Origin: Amoeboaphelidium protococcarum X5
Taxonomy: Eukaryota; Fungi; Aphelidiomycota
Assembly (NCBI GenBank): GCA_023515725.1
Contig: JALDTO010000162.1
Span: 110,018-162,401 of the forward strand
Reading direction: 5' to 3'
DNA length: 52,384 nucleotides
Of the stretch, positions 27,365 to 38,749 are shown piece after piece. Every line of letters begins with the position of its first letter. Within the stretch, counting starts at the first letter, position 1. The notes below the pieces were generated by a model. The model did not search any database. It had not been told where the DNA came from and saw nothing but the letters and a program-made list of their open reading frames with translations. A program made the position numbers and the translations under genes.

Positions 27365-28802
27365 ATGACCAAGGCTCAGTATAAAGTCAAGTCTGTAGTT
27401 TGGATATCTGCTGCTAAAGATTATCCTGCATGGTTGGCCAGAGTAAGTTCACCTTCTTTTTCAATGATAAGTACGATTGAATGGGATGGTTGAATGCATT
27501 TTGTAGGTGGTGGATTGTAAGGATGATAGTATTCAAGTTGAACCATTTGCTTTAAATACCACGTTGGATATTGCACTTGGGAATATATACAACTGTAACT
27601 CAGTTTCCTCATTAAAAGATGTTTAATAACTGTGTGATGGTCCGTATGTCCTGGCATCAGCATCATCATCGTAATTGGGCGTATTTGATTACCTGAAATC
27701 TGAGGGATTATAATCTCGTAAACGGAACAAGTTCTTGGAAGCTTTAAACGCGTATTACAATTATTTGGACACCAATGGCTCTAATGTTGATGGTGAAGAT
27801 AGTGGCTCTGATATTGAAGATGATTTGGCTGATTCTTTGCCCACGATGGATAAAGCTATTAAATCTCCTGCTGATAAAAAGAAGCCATAAGTGATTGAAT
27901 TGTCAGATGGTGACGATGACAATAGTATCATTGTTTAGCATAATATAACTAATAGTACCAGGAAGAAATTTACTGAAAATGCAGGCCATGATTATAATGA
28001 CAGTAGTAACAGTAAAAGGAAATTGGTTGATGTTGAAAGCTCTAGTCAGGTATCTTCGGTATTTAGTAGTAAAGCGTCCAAGTCCAAGTATTCAGATATT
28101 GAACTGAGTAAAGGCGATCTAGTTCTGGCAAGATGGAGAAGATCATACACTTGGCACCCTGCTCGCGTCATTGATGTCAATAAAGATTCTGCGTATGTAT
28201 CCAATTCGCGTATACGTTACAAACTGGAGTATTGGGATAAGTATGTGTGCATCGTGGACAGAAGCTGTATCCGATGCCCGCATGACTTTGAATTTCATTC
28301 TGTTCAGATTAGTTCTTCTATCACTGATCACTTCAACTGCAGTGATGATAAGTATGAAGATGAAGAGTTGAAAGATAAAGTTATGAAACTGTCCTCGTAT
28401 CTATAGGATATTTGTTCTGGTGATATAAATACTCAGAGAAGGTAGGACTTTTTTGCTGGCGGTCAGAGAAAAGCCCAATTGGACAAGAAATGCGGTAAGG
28501 GAACTTTTACTGCTGCCGAATATGGCTTGATTCAGCGTACAGTTGAGTTTCTGTTCAACACCGAGATAATGCCCCGGTTGAGCCGCGCCGATAACTCTTA
28601 AAAGTAGCAGTAATTGAAAGGCCTATATGGTCTTTCTTTCATGACCAGTGTGCTGATGCCAGAGTGTATTATGAAGTTGATGATTGATGATTCGGACAAT
28701 AGTGAGGTGTCTGACTCGGTGTCTGCTGAAAAGACTCTCACGGACCTAGATTGGGTGGAGTATCTGCTGGCATTACGCGAATCTGTATCTGTAATTGAAT
28801 GA
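27365..28802 (+). CDS. PWWP/Tudor-domain chromatin protein, PWWP3/MUM1-like, 457 aa; intron 27443-27506
   Basis: VVWISAAKDYPAWLAR|VV and GDLVLARWRRSYTWHPARV; C-terminal YLQDICSG...RRQDF...FMTSVLMPECI. Confidence 0.7.
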
Positions 28803-29097
28803 ATGAGTGATTAGTGTGAGATTAAAAGTATGTACATATTGTTACTATGGATGGCTTACTCACTCCATTGTTGTCAGAACGCGTATTTACTGGCAGTATG
28901 TTGTTTCACAATTTCCATTCCGAGGAAGCAGAACTAACCAGACGTTTTCATCTCACACGACATTTAAGCCTTTCTGTTCTCGCCTGTTCGCGTTCAATTC
29001 TTTCCTTGCGTAATCGTTCCTTGTTCTTGCTCAAAGTTGCCCATTTTTGCTAGTGTTGTTCAAGAGTTGGCGAATATATCGTGGATTTATAATAATA

Positions 29098-29682
29098 ATG
29101 TTGAGATTAGGACGTATTCAGTTTAACAGCGCATTGCTTAGAAGAAGCATTAGCAATAGTAGGCTCTTCCCATAGCTATGATTTTGATTCATTATTTAAA
29201 TGTTGTGTAGGCGCTAAGGCTAATGAATCTCAGATCGTGGACAATGCCAAGAGTAACCTTTAATTTTATCAATGCTCAATGGGCATAATCATTTAATTTT
29301 CACTTGTTTAGATATGGTGACTAAAGGAGGAGACAAAATTCATGGATCCTATCACTGGCTTTTTGAAAGATATCTAAGTATCGCCACTATTCCTGTGTGC
29401 GTGTACCCACTGATGTTTGGTCCTTCTAAGGGCGTTGACTTTCTTCTTGGATTTATAATCCCGCTGCACTCACACTTGGGATTTGGACAAGTTATCACTG
29501 ATTATTTGAATCCTAGAAAGGTGGGTAAAGTTGGACATATCGCTGCAAGATCGCTCCTGCTGGCTGCCACTATTACCACAATGTACGGCTTGTACCAGTT
29601 CAACACGAACGATGTGGGTATAACCGAATTTGTGAAGAAGTTATGGAAGGGTCCAGAGAAGAATGGCCCAGTTTCCAAGTGA
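29098..29682 (+). CDS. SDH4: Succinate dehydrogenase cytochrome b small subunit (CybS), 157 aa; exons 29098-29158, 29211-29252, 29312-29682
   Basis: Arg-rich mitochondrial presequence; HGSYHWLFER, LHSHLGFGQVITDY, FNTNDVGITEFVKKLW. Confidence 0.92.
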
Positions 29683-30056
29683 TTTTATGATTCAACCCTG
29701 AGTCCTGTTCTAAGGTATCCCAGTGACGTTTCGGCGCCTTATTCATTTCTCATCCCTGACGTTCCATTTTTCTTCCCCGCGGCTTGCTTGCTCATTCATT
29801 CAGTCATTCCAATCACCGATCACAAAGAGTAGGAATAACGACCGCAAATTGCATTTTATAGCACTCTCACTCATCAATAAATTCTCTCTGGCCTGCAATA
29901 ATAATACTCAAGCTGCTCATTTTATATTACTCTACTACATATAGCTACTGCTTCATTTGTAAGCAGCTGAAAGCGTGGAATTATTTAAACAGCTGCAGTG
30001 CCGCATTGAATACTGTTGCCTCCAATAAAGAGAAATTAGACATTATCATCAATAAA

Positions 30057-31729
30057 ATGTCCAACAGCTAGCTGCTGTATGAGGAAGAATGTAAAATAGA
30101 CCATGCGGTGCTTCATCACCAGGAAATTGATGACCCAGATGCGAAAGACCGATTTAAAAAGACAGTAATGGCTGTGTATGAGATTGTGGAACAGAAACTG
30201 TATAAGACGAGACACAATTCTCTGGAGACCTATTTTAGATCTGTGTGGCGTATCAGCCGCGCTCAAGGTATGATTGATTGATCAGCATCTTGTATAGTAC
30301 AATTACGTGTGGGTATAATATTATGTGTGTAGTCTATCGCTTTTATAATTGTGCAAGAATACTAAAAGAATTGGCTGCCTTTGATCTGTAGCCGTCCAGG
30401 GAGAGGCTGTGTAGAGCGATCAAAAAATTGGCGCACACTGCCGATGACAGGCGCCTGCTCTGGAAAACTGTGATTGAGAAAACGCATGAGGACGAGTCCC
30501 TGATTTCGAGTACGATCATCGCGAATGTTTGGAAAGAGTTGGCAAAATAAGGTCTAGTGTCTTAATAACATCCATCGTATATGATAAACGAAGAGGCGAT
30601 TGATGGCTACTCCGATAAGGATCATGTCGAAATTGCAACTGCTAATGATGGCTCGGTCAAGTCGATGCCCAACACCCCGACGGCGACTAGGCAAGACCGA
30701 GAGCTGATCGGTGCTTCCAACCTGGCCAAAGTATCCAGTGTACAGGCTAGTCTATCTGGTCCCGGTATGTTGCAGATTGGAACGACACATAATTAGCATG
30801 CGTAGTAGTGTTTATCCTCTTCGCCGCGATCGTAGAAACGTACTCATCATGCGATGAATGATCATCACCAATCGGTCTCGCAGCGAGATCGTTTCATGAT
30901 TATAGCCAAGGCCCCTGATGAATCAATCGATCTCACCGGTGCCCAGGGAGGATCTCTGTAGGATAACAACAATAATAATGGATGGATGAAGCGAGATATG
31001 GACACAGTATTTTCTTGTCTCTAAAGGCTTTAGAAAAATGGTGTAGAAATGCAGGCTATGGGCGATTCTGGTCAATGGATTAGAAACATTTAGGATGTGC
31101 GTTTCGTGTAAACTTCTCAGTTGAAGAATGGAGCAGGCGATATCGATATCCGCCCTGCGCAATAGCCAGCTTAGTCTAACTCGTTGCGATATGATTCCGG
31201 CTCAAATGGACATCAGTTTAATGATTACCGTGGTCCGAAGCTTCCGACAATTGATGGTCACAAGTCGCCATAGCGTCCGCTTCATTATCCTGTGTAATCC
31301 TAAATCCAGTAGTACAATTTTGGTGATTTCTATCAGCAGATTTATCCTACAAGTTAGTATAATGCATTTCGTCCGGCTGATTAGTTTGGTAGCTATCCAT
31401 CTAGAAGCGTTCCCTTTGCTCATGATAAAAGACCGGAATCCGGTTTTATGATTTAAAGTCAATAAACTCTGCCTAACCAGCTCTCGGCTCCTCCGCCGTA
31501 TCAAGTGGCGCAGAATCCGTATTAATAACAATAGCAAGATCCACGTCAACAACATCAATAACAGACATTTTACCAATAGAATTAATAACACTTCCCTGAA
31601 GACGCGCAGCTCAGACCTCCTCATCCAGCGTCGTCGTAAAAGTAGTAGTAGTAATAGCAACAGAAGTCCGATATTAAGTTTTTGCTGTGTCATAGACTGC
31701 AAAGTGATGCTGACCATCAGCAACTTTGA
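30057..31729 (+). CDS. Putative transcription factor: N-terminal HTH-like domain plus Q/P-rich tail, 535 aa; intron 30268-30332
   Basis: LYKTRHNSLETYFRSVWRISRAQ|VYRFYNCARILKEL...PSRERLCRAI; C-terminal poly-Q encoded largely by TAA/TAG; SDIKFLL near the end. Confidence 0.75.
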
Positions 31730-31732
31730 AAC

Positions 31733-33109
31733 TCAATAAATTATTGCAATGGCAACAAGGTATTTGGTGATTATATAAAAAAAAATTCTCATAAACTATA
31801 CATATGAATTATTAAATTGTTATTACTTTAACGGGAACATGCTAGAGTTGGAGAAAATGTACAACAACACTGCCAGAGACACAGAGACTACAAAGTGCAG
31901 CTGAACAGTTTTATCGCCATTTCTTTCAACTTATCTGTTTAAGTAGTCAGATGTCTATATCTGCTATATCTTCATATCTTGTTGTAATTCTACAGATTAT
32001 TGATCAGCCATTGACGTGTCGTTAAAGTAATCAGGTAGATGAACCGACTTTACGCAACTCGATTTACAAAACTTCTTATACAAGAGGCGATACTATGGAT
32101 TTTCGCGGAACTTTTCAATCAAATTTTAAGTTCTCTGTATGGCAGATTCAAGATCTGAATCCTCTTATACATCGTAGTGCTGCATCATTGATAAAATGAT
32201 AGCTTCATCTGGATCAGTCACTTTCAAGGACTCCTCCCTACGACAAAGTACCAGAGATGCAGCAAAATAGCATATAGTCTCCACATAAGCCGTTTAACCA
32301 CCAACATCCGGTACAAATACTTGTGTCAGAAAAAAGTCCCATAACCGCAGCAAATGACTAATCTTGAGCTTCACCACATGCGACATCCATGTCAGAATCC
32401 ACGACACGCTCCAAAATCTGAACCATTGCGGCCGGTCGCTTACAGATTGTAGATATTCAAACAGCTCCTCATCTTCAAGCTTAATCAAATCATTAACCAA
32501 ATCAAGGTATGGCTCGCATGCAGTCATATCCACCATCATAAAGTCTCTAAAGCAGAACATGGTCAATCTATCAACCATATCTATAAGCACATGGGATGGG
32601 ACTTTACCATCGTCGTCATCATCATCATCATCATACGAAAATAACAGTACCACAACAGCGACAACATCATGATAACCCTGATAATAATGCAATTATGGGT
32701 GTCGCTGTAAGACTTGAGTTATCACAGATTAGACTCTGTGTTTCAACAGTTATAATGCGTGATCTCGCAAATGAGGTTATGACTACAGGATCAATTAGCA
32801 GCGATTCAAATCCATTTCAATTTAACTGATGGTCTTCTTATCAAGTGATGCGGGCGATACTCTCTCAATCTCGCTGACCGCCAACTTTGCGTCACGTTAC
32901 TCCAGCATCAGCCTCCAACAATGTTAACGAAGCTTCTGATCTAAAGGGTCGGCAGGATTGCCCAATCCCCCTGGACGATAGCATAGCTCCCGGATTTGAT
33001 CCAGTTAAGGCAGCGATATCGTTGACGAAGATATTGGACTCTAATCTGAAGCAAATGACTCTTCACTGGAGAATACATCAGATTCTAATGAGCGCTCGGC
33101 TTCACTCAT
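31733..33109 (-). CDS. TBC1D20: TBC1D20/Gyp8-like Rab GAP with C-terminal TM; 3' end uncertain
   Basis: GGL...LR(Q)HCWRLML, (TAA)IEMDLNRC, LHYYQGYHDV, SWILTWMSH, RLWDFFL, TM LHFVVSVSLAVLLYIF. Confidence 0.85.
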
Positions 33110-33472
33110 TACACTAGCGCACACAACTGATAGGATGCAGTAAGGATGACTAGCGTTAAGTATTCGCGAGAGAAAAGCGACAAAGCGAAATGAATGGACA
33201 AGAACGAACAAAGAGAGAGAGGTGTTAAGAGCAATAATAAGAGCATCAGAACAATAAGCGGTTGAGTTGTCAGCATCATGCCAAGAATTTGACATTCAGG
33301 CTGACGTACATATTGACATCATTTGCTCTCATTAAACAGACTTTGACGCGTGCTTGAGAATTATCAGTCTCAGGAACGCGTAATTGCTATACGCAGTGCA
33401 CAATTGATGAACTTCACTTTGCGGTTAAAGAGAAAAGAGAAAATACAGAGAAAAGGTGATAAATTGTACCAA

Positions 33473-34435
33473 ATGCGAAAGAGATTAAAGTCGTCCTTGT
33501 TAGAGTTCTAGAAGCGTCAGTAAACCAAGACTAAGACACAGGAAACGGCGAACAAGTAATCTAATGCTAAACCAGTTAAGAAGAACTAAAAAGACTTGGG
33601 GTTGACTGATGAACGCGCTATTGCCCAGTTAAAAAAAGAATTCAAGATTAGACCATCAAGCAGAATCCTATTGGTTGGAGAGGCTAATTTCAGCTTTACT
33701 TAGGCCTTACTCCGTCTAATGACCAGTGATATCAAGGCTTACGATACTCGTAGAAAGCGTAAGCTTGCCATGGATGGCAGTGATATTGATTCAGATGTTG
33801 AGTATAACGATTAGAGCGATCTGTAGCTTGATATAGACACGTCTGAAAGAGCTGGGCTCATTGTGGCAACCACATTAGATAGTGAAGAAATTACAAAAGA
33901 AAAGTACCCAGATCTGAGCTCTATTATGTCATTCATTGAGGAGCGCTCGGAGTAGGTGGATTGCTCTGTGGTGTTTGGTGTAGATGCTACTGATGCGTAA
34001 AAAGTCAAGAGCTTTATACCAAAGACGCAACGCTTTGATAAAATCATTTTCAACTTCCCCCATGTATCTTGTGGTATATCGGATCAGAAGTAGAATATTT
34101 TGGCAAACTAAAGGCTAGTTTATGCATTCCTAAAGACTTGTTCCTAATACTTGGTTGAAGGAGGGCAGTTGGTGGTATCTCTAAAGGAGGGACCACCGTA
34201 TGACTCTTGGCGTATGAAGCAACTACTGAAAGTTAATGATGAAATAACCGTTGCTGATAGACAGCTTGTTTATAGCGGTTGTTAAAAGTTTAATATCGAA
34301 GCTTGGGAGTAGGTGGGATATGCTCATCGGCGAACAATTGGATTTAGTCAAGGTGTATCTGGTGCATAGAATGAAGATATAAAGAAAAGTGGTGCAAAGC
34401 ACTATATTTATTAATTGAAAACTATTGAATTATGA
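33473..34435 (+). CDS. BMT5: 25S rRNA (uridine-N3) methyltransferase BMT5-like (DUF2431), 320 aa
   Basis: RILLVGEANFSF, VATTLDS, VFGVDAT, FDKIIFNFPHV, PYDSW, GYAHRRTIG. Absent from the ORF track. Confidence 0.88.
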
Positions 34436-36038
34436 TAGTTTTACTGCAAATAATATTTCAATAATTTCTATCAGTTTCATGGCCGTTTCAGTTTGGGGAA
34501 AGGAGAGTTTCTCATTGTTCTCTATGCAGGCGCGCTGCTGCTGTCTAACTCTATCAATATTCAACCGAATTTCATGATTTTTTCACAGATTCTTGATTGT
34601 TAGTTATTAAAGGTATATACTTCATCTGAGATATATACAGGCTCATTTGACTATGATACTGAGCTTTACACCTATTATATTATTGTTTGTCATTTACGAT
34701 CGCGGGGCGCTGAAACGCCGCGAAATCCGTCGCTAAAAATCCAGTGGCTTTCATATCTGAAACGCGAACGACTAGCCGATGTTTGATAATTCATATCTCT
34801 TCCCAACTAAACAATATCAATTGTCGCAACTAACTTCTAAATTATATATGCTCAATATCTCCTATGCTCTATGCGGTGCTCACACAGTATGCTGCGATGC
34901 TGGTCCAAGTTTGGTAAGCTTCTTCCTCTAGAATCATTCGCTTGTCCTATCTCGTCGTCTGAAACAGTCTCGTTTTGCGGCTTTGTTGCATCTGGCATTG
35001 TCCACTACCTAGTCTACTGGTATGGTATACTTCACTCATCATGGTATTGGTCTTAGTTGCAACTCTCTGTCTTCTATCCTGTGCAAGTTACTGCTGTGCT
35101 TCTTCGCTACATATATGCTGTATGGTGTCCGTTGGTTCTGCGTATCAAGTCTTTGAATGCTGCTGAATCAATGTTATCCTCCAGAAGCTCCTCATGCTGT
35201 ATATCTATCCTGTTCCTCATTTGGTATTCCTTCTCCTCTATGCTCTGTTCCATGTTGACTATTCTGACTCATCTGAGCTACTCCATGGCACGCTAAAGGT
35301 AAGCTTTTCTTTATATCTCTTGTGATCTGTGTAGGAAAGTGAAGGTAGGCCTCTTTTATGGTGCTGCGTCTGGCGTATGAATCATACCTTTAATCTTAGC
35401 CTTATGTAGTGCCCAGCTGAAAAAAGAAGCATATTACGCAGGCACACCCGGGATGGTAGGAGGGAGCGGTGTGACCTTGCATGTTTATTATAATAGGAGG
35501 TGGGAGGTAAAAAATAAATGATAAAAAAAAGCTAAAAATTAAGAGGGAAAGGGAGGGAGAAAAGATATAAAAGTAAAGGTTGCTAATAATGCCCGTCTGG
35601 TAGATGGGCTGGTGTCCTCATGGTCTCTGATACCTTTTGCTAGATCTAATCTGATATCCATGGCCGTCCAGCGAGTCTCTCTCCTTCGTCAGTTGCTACT
35701 GTAGTTGTGTCCATCGCTCCTGTTATCTCGCACCTAGTTTCGTCTACCTTTATGTCCTGGAGGAAAGTCTTTATAACTGACTGGTGCTGATGGTTCTACC
35801 CATTCTGCAACTGGCTTTGTTGTTTATGATGTTGTCTGTTGGTTCGCTTATCATTGGTTTTTGGCTGTTGGTCATGGATATCAGATCAGATTAGTTGAAG
35901 TTTTGACGGTTATTGACTTTTATGGTCAGCTGAATACCTTTGATTACCTGTGGCATTACGTTGGTGTTGCTGCGGTAATCGTACTTATTTGCTGGCCTCT
36001 ATCATAGTATCTGTCTCTCCTGCCTCTGTATCGAGTAG

Positions 36039-36480
36039 GTCCCAACAGAGGTTCGTCCTGTTACTGTTGGGCCGCTGAAAGGTGCTCTGTGCTCATCTAC
36101 TCTTATCCCACGGCATTGTTGTTGGTTGTACTGCACACCTGGGTCGTCTTTTGCTCTGTCTCTGCCTTTGCTCCAAGTATGTCCCAACAGAGGTTCGTCC
36201 TGTTACTGTTGGGCCGCTGAAAGGTGCTCTGTGCTTATCTACTCTATATCCCACGGCATTGTTGTTGGTTGTACCGCACACCTGGACCTTGCCTCGACTT
36301 TTGGCTGTACTGCACACCTGGGTCGTCTTTTGCTCTGTCTCTGTCTCTGCCTTTGCTCCAAGTATGTCCCAACAGAGGTTCGTCCTGTTACTGTTGGGCC
36401 GCTGAAAGGTGCTCTGTGCTTATCTACTATATATCCCACGGCATTGTTTTTGGCTGTACTGCACACCTGGGTCGTCTGTC
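36039..36480 (+). repeat. Tandem minisatellite, 3 units starting at 36039, 36181 and 36366 (periods 142 and 185 nt), each with a hairpin
   Basis: Near-identical GTCCCAACAGAGGTTCGTCCTGTTACTGTTGGGCCGCTGAAAGGTGCTCTGTGC...GTACTGCACACCTGGGTCGTC; an optional ~40-nt sub-repeat explains the length difference. Confidence 0.95.
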
Positions 36481-37845
36481 TCCTCTCCGTCTCTGTTGTC
36501 TCCAAATATCTCTCTCCTCTTCTTTCATATATAGTCTATATTTGCATTGGAAAAAGCTAAAGAAATTGGCAGCTGGAATTCTATGTCATTGCTGTTGACC
36601 ACAGTAATGCCATGTTTGCGAAGGCTGACCATAATAATTAAAAATTAAAAAGGGATTACCCCCAATAATAAAAATAGTTCATATGTATTACAAATGATCT
36701 TCTTTTAAGCTTGACACTTTTAATGTTCTTAAAGCTTTCAATGCTGAACGTCTAAGATCCTGCAAACTGTTCACACGTCACGCAGGCGATTCAAAGCCAC
36801 GGTGACAGTTCTTAAAGCGTCTACAACTCCATTACCATAAAACATATTAGGCCACACATCAAATCCTTTTCTATCACACTCTTTTCTGATCGGGAATATG
36901 GGAAGAGGTAATACTCTTCCACCTAAACCATCAGGTGTCAAAACAGAGGTATTTGCAGCTAAGAATACTACTTCCTTAAGCAAGTTGAACTCCATTCCCT
37001 TCGTTTCAGCTCTAGGAGACTCCTGAAATACCAAACCGGATTCCAAATTCTTCGATAAAGCAGAGAGGACCAGAGCTATGACGCCTGCAACATGAGGCGA
37101 TGCCATCGATGTGCCGGACATTTCCTAGTACAGCCCCTTGTTATAAGCGGTAGAAGCAGCCGACAGAATCTTTTTACCAGGAGCGCTTATATCTGGCTTA
37201 TCACGATTGAAGACACCATTAGCATCATCCTCGTTTGACTCATATCCGACACCTCTCGAGCTAAACTTGGTCAAACGATTATCTCCATCCACCGCAGCGA
37301 CACCGAACACATTGTTAAAGTTCCCAGGCGCACTAGTGCTGTAACAGCTAGGACCATTATTGCCGATAGCGAATACTGATATGATTCCGGCCTAGTTCCA
37401 AGCGCTAACAATTTACTCAAATATTCGCTCGCGAGGATTCTACGATCCCCATGAGTTATTCACCACATCAGGACTGAGATCGCAGCGAGGTTCAGTACCG
37501 TCAATCTTTGTGGGACAAAGCATCCACTCAGCGCTCTTGATTAATCCGTACTTGAAGCATCTGCCATCAACACAGCCTTTGGCAGCGATCCATTGACTAC
37601 CAGGAGCCACGCCAATCTAAGGACTATCAACTGTTCCATTCAGAGCTCGTCCAACCATAGTTCCGACGACGTGAGTACCATGGCCAACAATGTCAAAGGG
37701 ATGTTCAGCGCAACATTCAGCAGGCAAACATACATCTCTGAAATCACACCAAAAGTCGTCATCTCGAAACTCTTTTGGATCAAACCAAGCATAATCATGC
37801 GAAGAGTTATGGCCTCTGTAGTTATCAATCAGTGCGGAATGAGTA
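36295..37845 (-). repeat. Left copy of an inverted segmental duplication (partner 50798-52384, which runs off the window)
   Basis: Reverse complement matches 50798-52384 with only scattered substitutions (coordinate sum 88643 across the CDS) and one sub-repeat indel. Confidence 0.95.
36771..37845 (-). pseudogene. 5'-truncated copy of the S8 subtilisin gene
   Basis: Begins at TH(S)ALIDNYRG, so it lacks the signal peptide, prodomain and catalytic-Asp DTG motif; keeps HGTH and GTSMASPH. A TGA lies just upstream in the same frame. Confidence 0.88.
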
Positions 37846-38370
37846 GTTTTTTAAGCGATGAGGCAGGACGTCGCTGTACTTCAGACAGAGCCTATTATTT
37901 TCGAAAGTTAAACCATTAAGATGTGAACGGCCAAGTTCAATCTTCTTCTGAGGTTCTTGTCGATATCTGGTGCATTTGACCAACTGACGTCTTTGATCAC
38001 CCTTGCCGCGCTGTAAGACACCTTCTTCCAGAACGAAGACGTCCTTGTCGTGTCCAATGACCACCATAGGAGCAATTCTCAGATGACGACGACCTTGCGC
38101 GAAGACATCAGAGTCTGGGGCATCCTCCAGATCATTCAGTGGATACAAATCCATCTTGAAACGATAACCATTCTTCACTTTGCTGAATCCCATTCTGGAT
38201 AAAGTATCCACCTTGATGTCATTTTCAACTGCAGCAGAGAAATCACGCTATTCACCTCCAAATCCTAAAAAGTCAGAGAATCACGTTGACGCTCTCTGTG
38301 CCAGTAGTTCACCTCAAGGACACCAGAGGAGTAGACTCTTGAAAAGTCGACAATGAGGTATAGGAGAGCA
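37825..38370 (-). pseudogene. Fragment of an unidentified protein-coding gene abutting the duplication breakpoint
   Basis: 128-codon stretch with no stops and protein-like composition, but an in-frame TGA lies upstream of the track start; a second frame (DFSRVYSSGVLEVNYWHRER) looks like its 5' continuation, suggesting a frameshift. Confidence 0.35.
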
Positions 38371-38749
38371 AAAATCTTCTAGGTACTAGCAGATTGTTTA
38401 AAAAGAGCTAGCTACGGGACTGGGCGCTATAGGTGATATTGTCGCAGGTTACTGGCTCATTCTAGGCCTAATAGTAGTTCAAATAAGAAAACTAAACTTC
38501 AATTACAATTTCCTATATTCTCTATTCAAAATAAAACATTTATTCAAATTCCCAAATTTAAGCAAATTGATGCCATCACTTCCAGTCTTCTCAACCATCA
38601 GATCAATCCTATCGCGTGCAACCAGCTTCCAAAATCATGCGATAATATTTCTTTCATATGAAACCGACTGAACACCCTGATCTTAACAGTTCACACGTTT
38701 TATAGGTATATCACTCACTCATCCCTTCTCTGGCTCCAATATCATCTAA

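Noticed and set aside
34701-34776. Helitron 3' end (hairpin plus CTAG)
   Set aside because: The CTAG is about 50 nt from the hairpin rather than about 10-15 nt, and no Rep/helicase remnants are visible.
36039-36480. CRISPR array, or a hammerhead/HDV/twister ribozyme
   Set aside because: The linkers are near-identical rather than unique spacers, there are no cas genes and the context is eukaryotic; the CTGANGA..GAAA core and the HDV and twister pseudoknots could not be fitted.
36002-36598. Overlapping track ORFs on both strands (also 52002-52349)
   Set aside because: By-products of the stop-poor tandem repeat; no protein family signal.
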